Shown here: positions 25,001 through 37,000 of the stretch, piece after piece | Numbering within the stretch: position 1 is the first letter of the stretch | Layout of the letters: each line of letters opens with the position of its first letter | From: Pristiophorus japonicus | Lineage: Eukaryota | Direction: 5' to 3' | Length of the DNA: 64,000 nt | Assembly: GCF_044704955.1 (NCBI RefSeq) | Contig: NC_091993.1 | Coordinates: 117,552,001-117,616,000, forward strand | Made by a program: the position numbers and the translations under genes | Notes under the pieces: generated by a model | What the model was told of the DNA's origin: nothing | Database searches by the model: none | Seen by the model: the letters and a program-made list of their open reading frames with translations, nothing else

Positions 25001-28000
25001 CCGCCTAATCCTCACCATCCACGAATCTCTCCAGAATTCCAATGGTACCCATTGTGCATGCGAAGATTCTTAAATTATCTCGTCGCCAAATGTAATGTAT
25101 ATAATGACTCAAAAGAGTTGTTACTGTAAACTCACTCAGATGCAAACTTGGTTCAACTTTATTCGCGCCCAAAGTGCCACATGACATGGTAATCACTCTT
25201 ATACACCAGGGCTTGCGCATATGCGCATACAGCCCGATGACCTCCGACAGTAGCGCCCCCTGGTACCTGGTGACATAACACTCCCCCCCCCCCCCCCCAC
25301 CCCCATCTCACTCTCTCTCCTCTTCCCCATCTCGCTCTCTCTCCTCCATTGCTCTCTCCCTCACACACTCATCTCTCTCTCGCCCTCCCGCTCTCTCTTC
25401 CCCACCCCACATCTCTTTGTCTCTGGCCCCCGTGTCTCTCTCTCTCACCCCTTCTCCTCTCTCTTTCCCCCCCCCCTCGCCCCGTGTCTCTCTCTCTCTC
25501 CTCCCCACATCTCGCTCTCTGTCCTCCATCTCTCTCTCTCCCTCCCATCCTGATCTCTCTCTCGCCCCTCTCTCTCTCCCTACCTCTCTCTCTCCAACCC
25601 CGCCCCCCATCTCTCTGTCTCTGGCCCCCATATCTTTCTTTTGCCTCTTCTCCTCTCTCCCTCTCCCCCCCCCCAGCCCCCGTCTCTCTCTCACCCCGGC
25701 TCTCCCTTCCCCCCCCCCCATCCCCGTCTCCCCCCCCTAGCGTCTCTCTCTCTCTCTCTTCCCCCTCCCCATCTCTCTTTTCCCCCCTCCCGTCTCCATC
25801 TCCTTCCCACCCCCATCCCGCTCTCTCTCCTCAGTCTCTCCCTCACTCTCCCCCCCTCATCTCTCTCTCTCCCAACTGTCTCTGCCTCCCATCTCTCTCT
25901 CACCCTTCTCCTCTCACTTTCCCCCCCCCCCCACCCCCGTGTCTCTCTCTCTCTCTCTCTGTCCCTAGTCTCTCTCTTCCATCCACTCATATCTTTCTCG
26001 CTGCCCCGCAACCTCTCTCCCCTCCACTCATTTCTCTCTCCGCCCCCTCTCCTTTCTCTCTTCCCCCACCTGCCCCCGTCTCTCTCTCTCTCTCTCTTCC
26101 CCCTCTCATCTCCCTCTCTATTCCCTCCCTTGCTCTCCCCCCTCTACTCTCTCTCTCCCACCTTCTCCCATCTGTCTCTCTCTCTCCCCGCCAGTCTCCA
26201 CCACCGCCCCCCCCAGTCTCTCTCTCTCCCCAATGTCTCTCTCTCTCTCTCTCCCCTCCCGTCTCTCACTCTCTCCCACCCTCCCATCTCTCTCTCCACA
26301 CCTCTCTCTCTTCCCCCTCCTCTAACATTGTCCCCTGTCTCTCCCTCTTCTCCTCTCTTTCAGTCCCCCTCTCCCTCCGTCTCTCTCTCTCTCTTCCCCC
26401 CCAGTCTCTCTCTTCCCCCCATCTCTCTCTCTTCCCCCATCTCTCCCCCCTCCGTCTCTCTTAGTTCCACCCATTCCCGCACCAAACCCCCCCCCCCACC
26501 GGCTCTCTCTCCCTCCCTCTTCCCCCAGTATCTCTCTTTCCCCTGCCTCCCTCTATCCCCTGCCCCTCTCCCTCATCCCTCTCTCACCCCATCTCATCTC
26601 TCTCTCCCCTCCTCCACCCCCCATCTCTCTCCCCCTCTACCCCCATCTTCCCCCCACCACCCCCGTATCGCTCTCCCACCCCCATCTTTCTTTCCCTGCT
26701 CCTCCTGTCTCTCCCTCTCTGCTCCATCCTGTCTCTCTCTCTCTCCCCCTTCCACCCCGCCCAATCCTCTTCCTCCCCCCCGACTCTCTCTCTCTCTCTC
26801 TCTCCACCCGCCATGCCCCACGCTCCCCGCCCCGGTCTCGCTCTCTCTCCCCCTTGTCTCTCTCTCTCCCTCTTTCCCCCGTGTCTCTCTCTCTCTCTCT
26901 CCCCCCACATCCCTGTCTCCCTACTCCCCGACCCCGGTGTTTCTCTCTTCCTCCCCCATGTCTCTCTCACTCTCCCCCCATGTCACTCTCTCTGCCCCTC
27001 ATCTCTCTCTCTTTCTCTCTCCACCAGTCTCTCTCCTTCTCTCTCCCCCAGTATCCCTCTCTCCCCCCGCCCCTCTGCCTCACTCTCCCTCCCACCTCTG
27101 TCTCTCTCTCTCGCTCCGACCCCTGTCTCATTCTCTCCCTCCCCTCCCGTCACTCTCTCCCTCCCCTCCCCTCCTGTTATTCTCTCCCTCCACCCCCACC
27201 ACCGTTCTTTCTGTTCCTCCCCCACATTTCTCACTCCCCCATGTCGCTCTCTCTTTCCCCCCCCAGTCTCTCTCTCCCCCAGTCTGTCTCTCCTCCACCC
27301 TCCGTCTCACTCTCCCTCCCACCCGTCTCTCTCTCCCCCCCCGCCCCCGTCTCTCATTCTCCCCCCCCACCATCTCTCTCTCCCCCCTTTCATCTCTCTC
27401 TCCCCACCTCGCAACTCTCGCTCCCTTCTCCTCTCTCTCCTCCCTTCTCCTCTCTTTCCCCCCAGTCTCTCTCTCTCTCTCTCCCCCAGTCTCTCTCTCT
27501 CTCCCCAGTCTCTCTCTCTCTCTCTCCCTCTCTACCCCAGTCTCTCTCTCTCTCTCCTCCCAGTCTCTCCCTCTCTCCCCCCGTCTCTCTCTCTCCCCCC
27601 GTCTCTCTCTCTCTCCCCCCGTCTCTCTCTCTCTCCCCCCAGTCGCTCTCTCTCTCTCCCCTCAATCTCTCGATCTCTCCCCTCAATCTCTCGATCTCTC
27701 CCCCCAGTCTCTCTCTCTCTCCCCCAGTCTCTCTCTCTCTCTCCCTCCCCCCTAGTTTATTTCGCCCCCCTCCCCAGCTACCCCCCCCCCACCAATCCTG
27801 TCTGTCTCTCTCTCTCTCTCCCCGTCTCACTCTCTTCCCTCCGCCGCCCCCACCTGCCACTGTCTCTCTCTCTCTCTCATTGTCTTTCTCCCCCTCCTCT
27901 GTCTCCCCGTCTCTCTCTCTTACCACCCCAGTCTCTCTCTCTCTTGCTCGCCCCCCAGTATCCCTCTCTCTCTCTCCCACTCCGACAATGTTTTCTCTCA

Positions 28001-31000
28001 CACCGAAGGCCGCAAAAATATTCCAAATAATGCAAAAGCGGGAAGCAAATCCAGCTCCAGGCTCCAGCGGCAGAAAATGTTTCAGCAGTGATGAGCTCCA
28101 CCGGGCTCATGGTTTGGCTCCCAGTGACTGTATTCAAAAATAAATCATTGGCTGTGAAGCGCTTTGGCACATCCTGAGCATGTGATCAGACACTATATTA
28201 ACGTTTTCTTCCATCACAAACTAGAAGGAATTCACCTGTATCAATAGATGTAGTGGAGATGTAGTACAGAGTGGTAACTCTTATTCAATCGTAACTGTTT
28301 GTATTAAGCAGTTATTTCCTGTTCAATTTCTGAAATATTGTCTCCTCAGTTTCAGGTGCATTGTGGGCAAATAAACGAGTAAGAGGAATTGTGGGAAGAG
28401 CGATCACCATAGAATGTCACTATGACCAAAGGTACCGGTCACATGTGAAATATTGGTGTCAGGGCTGGACTCACCAATGCTCAGTTGTAGTAACAACAAA
28501 TGATCAACATGGATGGGGAAGAAGAGTGTCAATCACAGATAACCAGACAGCAGGAATATTTGTTGTTACGATGAAGGACCTTCGCTCAGCAGATGCAGGA
28601 TGGTACAGTTGTGGTATTACAGAATCAGGCAGCTTCGATAAACGTTTCAATATAGAGCTACAAATATCTCACGGTACGTTTCTCAGAGATGTGCTTTGTT
28701 ACTCTCTACTGAACTGTCTGATCAATGTTGTATCTGGGAGGAAACATGAGAGCTCCGATATCCCGAGGCTCCGCAGCAGTGCAGAGTCTCACAGGTAGTG
28801 GGCAGAGGTGGGGAAATCCGACTCACGGTGCACACTCCCAATCCGTGGCCTGCCCAACTTCCCGACCAGGAATTTCAAGTATTATGGGACTAACAATTCC
28901 TTTAACTACAGGGTGTTGTGCCAGACATCACATGGGAGGCTCACCACATGTCCCTGTTTCTGAGCTGTTTTAAATGTCCCACTGTCAGAGGTTTGCCTTC
29001 AGACTGAAACTAATAGACAATAACAAAAGCAGTGAGCAGCAAGTCGTTACTAATGGTATCAATTCCTTGAAATTAATAAAAATACCTGTAATCCACAGAG
29101 TTTAACAGGTTTCCTGTTTTCTTGATATGATGGGTGGCTCACATCATCAATGAGATATTTGGTCAACTTTACAAACAATATAAAATAAAATTGAAAAGCT
29201 GGTCACTGTTTTGATTGTAAAAGAAGCCTCTTTATTAAATGTTGAGACATTATCTTCCTCCCCAGCATAACCTCCTGATGGATCAACTATTAGATGCAAT
29301 GGTCCGGATATTAACTTCGAGACATGTTCGGTGCAGGGGATCCAATATCGCGTGGGAAACCCGGAAGTAATTTCAGTCTGTCTGTGGCATTTTAACGCAG
29401 CCGGCTCATTATAATTTACTCCCGGGTTTGGCGTTGCATGCGTGGTAACGGGAGTGCTGCGGGCACGCATGATGCGATCTTAACTGAAGTATTTAAAGGA
29501 CCAATCCAAAGATGGAATTCTAGGAGTTGGGCGGTTGGGAACAGAGACGGCAATTGTAGAAGATAGACTCAGGACGCTCAAAGCCCGCGCCCCACTTTAA
29601 CAACGACTCCCTTGACGTACTAAAGGGGGCAGTGAGGAGTCGGGGAGAGATACTCTTCCCCAGAACCGAGAGGAAGAAACCTACAAAGGAGCCATGCCTG
29701 GATGTGACTGAAGATGTCAGCAGCAGGAGCATTATCCCACACTCCTGGAGTCAGCACAGGTAGCTCTTTAATCACCTAACCCGGTTAGGAAAGGTGAGTA
29801 TAGCTGCTCCTTCTACCTGTTGTGCATATCACCCACCCCCTCAGCCTGTCTTTTCAAGTCTACTCCATCATATCACTCCTCACACCCACTTACCTTGCGT
29901 GCACACCCATCCTTCTCTTTCTAAGCACTTCCTCACATCCCCGTCTCTCCATCACCACTGCCACTCGCCCGAATCCTTATACAATTTCATCCCTCTCACT
30001 GATCATCACCCTCATCACATGCACTGCATCCATCAGGTGAACACATGCCAATACCGTCACTCAAAGGTCTGTTATTCCTTCCCAGGGTGCACCATCACAG
30101 GACTCATGCTTACCATGCACCAATGCAGATACTCACACTTCGGTGGGTCCAGTTAGACAGATAGTTGTGTTTTCACCTGGAGACTCACACTGCACAAGTG
30201 AGCAAGAACAGAGAGTGGTGGCAGGGACAGCACCGGAGGGTACAGCACTCTCCAAACCCTGCTCAGCTGGACACAGGTCCTGTACCCGGGGGCCGTTGAT
30301 GAAAAGGATAATCATTTAGGGGCAGCAGATAATCTGCAAAGTACTGACAGGCCTCCCATGCACACTGTCTACAATTGCAGAGGAGTCTACCTCAAGCATG
30401 AGTGGGTTGGTGTCACAGGGCATTGCGAGGATGTCTTCTTCCATGGATAGAATGGCCAACTCTGTGGAACATCAGTCGTGACAATCAAATGAGTCCATGC
30501 AAGCCACAGCCATAGATATCTGGCACCTTAAATAGGATGGCAGACACCTTAGCCTTGTCCTTACAGCACATCACTGATCTGCTCAACAGCAGAGAGGTAG
30601 GAGTGAAGTGCGATTGGGCCATCAGAGGGATGATGGTGAAAGGCGATATGGAAGTGGGGACTCCAATCAAAGTGCTCCCACTTCTCCACCACTGTCCCAC
30701 CCCACCCCTCAGTCGGTACCTGACATGCTGCCTCCTCTCCCGATGGCTGAGTCTGCCCCTGCACAGGTGCAGGTGAAGCAGTCTTTGGCAGGGCCCTCGT
30801 GGGCTCCAAACAGAGGACGGCGACCACTCAGCAGTCAGAGCAGGGAGCTGAGCAGCCTATCTTTACCTCTGCGTAAGTCATAAATGTTGCACCACATAGG
30901 AGCGTTAAGAAAAGTGTAAAGTTTTGTAGTTGCACAAGCCTATGCACAGTGTGTTTGAGAAATTGCTATGCTGTTAAGTAATGGTCCTTGAGCAGAACCA

Positions 31001-34000
31001 CATAAAATATTTAACTTTGCACCACTTTAACTTGTTGCCCCTTATTGGCTGCTGGAATGCAACTGGTCTTTTCAGTTGCTCGTTAATGAATGGGAAGACG
31101 TGAATTGATGGGGAGATGAGCAATGGTGGTTGGTGGGTAGCAGGTCTGCTTTGTGTCAGTGGGATTGGTGCAGGGGTGGGGGCGTTGGGTGGGGTGGAGG
31201 TGGGGGTGGGGAGTTGGGAACAGCCATTGGATGTGGTTGTTACATCAGCCCAGTTGTGGTAACTGACTGAACCTTACAGCTATAAAGGAAACACTGGCAT
31301 CGCGGGCAGCAATTTGAGTGACTGGTGCTGTGTTAGGGTCGCAATCTCTTCCTCCTCTTCCTGCTTCTTTTCCTCTTATCTTCCTCCTTTTCCTCTTATC
31401 TTCCTCCTCTGTCTCGGAATGGTCCACAGACAACGTGTGCTCAGCTCCTTGTCCCTCCTGCAGCTCCAATCTCGCTGCTGCGCAGTGTTGTGCAGAGCGC
31501 AGCAAACCACCATCATTCTGTAGGCCCAGGCTGGTGAGCACTGAAGGGCGCCTCCAGATCTGTCCAGGCAACTTGAGGGTGATGTCAGGAAACACTTCTT
31601 CCCACAAAGGGTAGTGGAACTATCGAAATCTCTACCCCAGAAATCTGTTGATGCTGAGGGTCAATTGAAAATTGCAAAACTGTCATTGGCCAATTTGCTT
31701 AGGCAAAGGTACTCAGGGTTATGGAACCAAGGCCGGTAGATGGAGATAAGATATAGATCAGCCAAGATTTAATTGAATGGCGGAACAGGCCCAAGGGGCT
31801 GAAACGCTTACTCCTTTTCCTATGTTCAGGACCTCCTGTTTATTTTTCAATGAATCTGAGTGTGTGAATAGAAAAGTGATTAAACCCACAAAACATGTAA
31901 CAGATATCTGCCAGTTTTTTGCCGTCTTATTCTGCTGTAGTTTTCAATCTCTCTATAACTAGTCCACATTCAAGAGTTAAACAATGAAATAACGTTGGAG
32001 GCTGGCTACCTGCTACTGAGAGAAATTGTTAGCCCTGATTTTCACATTGACACATCCTCAGTATCATTGCTGCTGTCCCGATCTGGAGCCCTGCTATGTT
32101 CTGATATAATGGCAGACATGGTAGTTCAGGCTGCTGGGAGGATGGAGAGACATGGAGAGGGAGATGTGCTGGTGAGATTCCAACATGGCAGGCCCTGGCT
32201 GAGATGCAGAAGTGCTGAAAATTGGAGAGTGTTTGATTTTTAAATGTTCAGTCAGTATCTGAATGTTTGTTTCTTTCCCACAGAATCCGTGTCAGTTCCT
32301 GTACTTAGATATTTTTCGCCACCAAATGTCTCATGTTCTGGGGGCTTGGTGTCAGTTTTCTGTGAGTCTGACCAGGGATCCCTTCCCATTCAGTACACAT
32401 GGTATGAACAGACCCCGATTAAAGGTTCAAAGATCTCCGACACCAATAAACTGGACCTACATTGTCAATCCTTCAAACAGCAACATCATCAATATTACTG
32501 CACAGTCTCAAATAATCAGGGAGAGGAATCCAGTGAAATGGTCGATGTGACAGTCTTCAACACAGCAGGGAAACACTGCAGTTATGTGACACAAATCAGC
32601 GGCATTGGTAAGTGTTACTTTAAACAAACATAGAAACATAGAAAATAGGTGCAGGAGTAGGCCATTCGGCCGTTCGAGCCTGCAACGCCATTCAATGAGT
32701 TCATGGCTGATCATGCAACTTTAGTACCCCATTCCTGTTTTCTGGCCATACCCCTTGATCCCCCTAGTAGTAAGGACTACATCTAACTCCTTTTTGAATA
32801 TATTTAGTGAATTGGCCTCAACAACTTTCTGTGGTAGAGAATTCCACAGGTTCACCACTCTCTGGAGGAAGAAGTTTCTCCTCATCTCAGATACTGACTG
32901 AACATTTAAAAATCAAACACTCTCCAATTTTCAGCACTTCTGCATCTCAGCCAGGGCCTGCCATGTTGGAATCTCACCAGCACATCTCCCTTTCCATGTC
33001 TCTCCATCCTCCCAGCAGCCTGAACTACCATGACTTACCCCTTATCCTAAGACTGTGACCCCTGGTTCTGGACTTCCCCAACATTGGGAACATTCTTCCT
33101 GCATCTAACCTGCCTAAATCCATCAGAATTTTAAACGTTTCTATGAGATCCCCTCTCATTCTTCTGAACGCCAGTGAATACAAGCCCAGTTTATCCAGTC
33201 TTTCTTGATATGTCAGTCCCGCCATCCCGGGAATCAGTTTGGTGAACCTTTGCTGCACTCCCTCAATAGCAAGAATGTCCTTCCTCAAGTTAGGAGACCA
33301 AAACTGTACACAATACTCCAGGTGTGGCCTCACCAAGGCCCTGTACAACTGTAGCAACACCTCCCTGCCCCTGTACTCAAATCTCCTCGCTATGAAGGCC
33401 AACATGCCATTTGCTTCCTTAACCACCTGCTGTACCTGCATGCCAACCTTCAATGACTGATGTACCATGACACCCAGGTCTCGTTGCACCTCCCCTTTTC
33501 CTAATCTGTCACCATTCAGATAATAGTCTGTCTCTCTCTTTTTACCACCAAAGTAGATAACCTCACATTTATCCACATTATACTTCATCTGCCATGCATT
33601 TGCCCACTCACCTAACCTATCCAAGTCACTCTGCAGCCTCATAGCATCGTCCTCGCAGCTCACACTGCCACCCAACTTAGTGTCATCCGCAAATTTGGAG
33701 ATACTACATTTAATCCTCTTGTCTAAATCATTAATGTACAGTGTAAACAGCTGGGGCCCCAGCACAGAACCTTGCGGTACCCCACTAGTCACTGCCTGCC
33801 ATTCTGAAAAGTACCCATTTACTCCTGCTCTTTGCTTCCTGTCTGCCACCAGTTCTCAATCCACATCAGCACACTACCCCCAATCCCATGTGCTTTAACT
33901 TTGCACATTAATCTCTTGTGTGGGACCTTGTCGAAAGCCTTCTGAAAGTCCAAATACATCACATCAACTGGTTCTTCCTTGTCCACTCTACTGGAAACAT

Positions 34001-37000
34001 CCTCAAAAATTTCCAGAAGATTTATCAAGCATGATTTCCCTTTCACAAATCCATGCTGACTTGGACCTATCATGTCACCTCTTTCCAAATGCGCAGCTAT
34101 GACATCCTTAATAATTGATTCCATCATTTTACCCACTACCGATGTCAGGCTGACCGGTCTATAATGCTCTGTTTTCTCTCTCTCTCCTTTTTTAAAAAGT
34201 TGGTTTACATTGGCTACCCTCCACTCCATAGGAACTGATCCAGAGTCTATGGAATGTTGGAAAATGACTGTCAATACATCAGCTATTTCCAAGGCCACCT
34301 CCTTAAGTACTCTGGGATGCAGACCATCAGGCCCTGGGAATTTATCGGCCTTCAATCCCATCAATTTCCCCAACACAGTTTCCCGACTAATAAGGATTTC
34401 CCTCAGTTCCTCCTTCTTACTAGACCCTCTGACCCCTTTTATATCCGGAAGATTGTTTGTGCCCTCCTTAGTGAATACCGAACCAAAGTACTTGTTCAAT
34501 TGGTCTGCCATTTCTTTGTTCCCCGTTATGACGTCCCCTGATTCTGCCTGCAGGGGACCTATGTTTGTCTTTACTAACCTTTTTCTCTTTACATATCTAT
34601 AGAAGCTTTTGCAGTACGTTTTAATGTTCCCTGCAAGCTTCCTCTCGTACTCTATTTTCCCTGCCCTAATCAAACCCTTTGTCCTCCTCTGCTGAGTTCT
34701 AAATTTCTCCCAGTCCCTGGGTTCATTGCTATTTCTGGCCAATTTGTATGCCACTTCCTTGGCTTTAATACTATCCCTGATTTCCCTTGATAGCCACGGT
34801 TGAGCCACCTTCCCTTTTTTATTTTTACGCCAGACAGGGATGTACAATTGTTGTAGTTCATCCATGCGGTCTCTAAATGTCTGCCATTGCCCATCCACTG
34901 TCAACCCCTTAAGTATCATTCGCCAATCTATCCTAGCCAATTCACGCCTCATACCTTCAAAGTTACCCTTCTTTAAGTTCTGGACCATGGTCTCTGAATT
35001 AACTGTTTCATTCTCCATCCTAATGTAGAATTCCACCATATTATGGTCACTCTTCCCCAAGGGGCCTCGCACAACGAGATTGCTAATTAATCCTCTCTCA
35101 TTACACAATATGGTTAATGAATTTTTTAAATGAGTATCTATCCAAACTGGTCGCTGGTTAAATGCTTTCAGTCACTGAGCGACTTCAAGTGGCCAAATTC
35201 ACTCCATTTGGATCCCTCAATAGTTAAAAACAGAATTATTCAGTCACCATAACACTATGTCCCTGGTTCTGAATTAAGGAGGACTTAAGCTAATTTAAAT
35301 GTATTGGTTTAATTTTTCGCAGAGTGGGCACATGAAAACGTAAGAAATAGGAGTAGGAGTAGGCCATATGGCCCCTTGAGCCTGCTCTGCCATTCAATAA
35401 GATCATGGACTCAGGTCCACTTTCCTGCCCACTCCCCATGACCCCTTATCCCCTTATCATTAAAGAAACTGTCTATTTCTGTCTTAAATTTATTCAATTT
35501 CCCAGCTTCCACAGCTCTCTGAGGCAGCGAATTCCACAGATTTACAACCCTCAGAGAAGAAATTTCTCCTCATCTCTGTTTTAAATGGGCAGCCTCTTAT
35601 TCTAAGATCATGCCCTCTAGTTCTAGTCTCCCCCATCAGTGGAAATATCCTCTCTGCATCCACCTTGTCAAGCCACCTCATAATCTTATACGTTTCGATA
35701 AGATCACCTCTCTTTCTTTTGAATTCCAGTGAGTAGAGGCCCAACCTACTCAACCTTTCCTCATAAGTCAACCCCCTCATCCCCGAAATCAACCTCGTGA
35801 ACCTTCTCTGAACTGTGTCCAAAATAAGTATGTCCTTTTCGTAAATATGGAAACCAAAACTGCACGCAGTATTCCAGGTGTGGCCTTACCAATACCTTGT
35901 ATAACTGTAACAAGACATCCCTACTTTTATACACCATCCCCATTGCAATAAAGGCCAAGATACCATTGGCTTTCCTGATCACTTGCTGTACCTGCATACT
36001 AACCATTTGTGTTTCATGCACAAGTACCCCCAGATCCTGCTGTACTGCTGCACTTTGCAATCTTTCTCCATTTCAGAGGATAGAAGCAATATGTTCACCA
36101 GTGGCTGCGCTGAGAAACATCAAAATGGTCAGAAAACAAAGAGAAATGCATTTCCTCCTAAGCAGCAATAAATATAAATGAACATATGCAAATATTTTCT
36201 CCGGCCATATGCTCGTGGATTCACTTGCAGAGATAACGTTTCAGGTCGATGACCCTTTGCCAGAACTGGAAAAGGTTAAAGATCTAACAGGTTTTTAAGC
36301 AAGTATAGGGGCAGTGAAAGGGGGAGGGGAGGAAAGAACAAAAGGTAAGGTCTGTGATAGGGTGGAAGGCAGGAGAGATTAAGAAAGAAAAGGGATGATG
36401 GTGCAATGCAAAAGGAGTTGGTAATGAGAATTCTGTGGGGAGAGGGTGAACAGCCAGAGGTCATGGTCCATATTGGTACCAATGACAGAGGTAGAAAGAA
36501 GGATGAAGTCATGCAGGCAGATTTCAGAGAGCAAGCAGAGAGATTAAAAAGCAGAACCCCAAAGATAGTAATCGGCGGATTACTCCCGGTGCCACGTGCT
36601 AGTGAGTATAGAAATCGGAGGATAGAGCAGATGATTGCGTGGCTGGAGAGATGGTGCACCAGGGAGGGCTTTAGGTTCCTGATCCATTGGGACCGTTTCC
36701 AGGGGAGGTGGGACCTGTACACCTCAATAGAACCGGGACCAATATCCTCGTGGGGGGGAGCGGGCGGTGGGATGTTGCTAGTGCTGTTGGGGAGGAGTTA
36801 ATCTAGATTGGCGGGGGATGGGAAGCTGGGAATAAATTCAGAAGGAAGAGAAGCAAAGCTGAAATTGGAAAGCAGAAAAGTAGAAAGTGAATTTGGAAGG
36901 CAGAGGAAACAATGGCTAGAAAACAGACAATAAGGGAGTTTGGTAGTGCTAAATGCTATATATTTCAATGCAAGGAGTCTGGGGAATAAGGCAGATGAGC

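Noticed and set aside
17223-28143. Long Ser/Leu/Pro-rich (+) and Arg/Glu/Gly-rich (-) ORFs up to 704 aa
   Set aside because: Artefacts of the CT-rich tract, which rarely contains stop codons; they are open in several frames at once.
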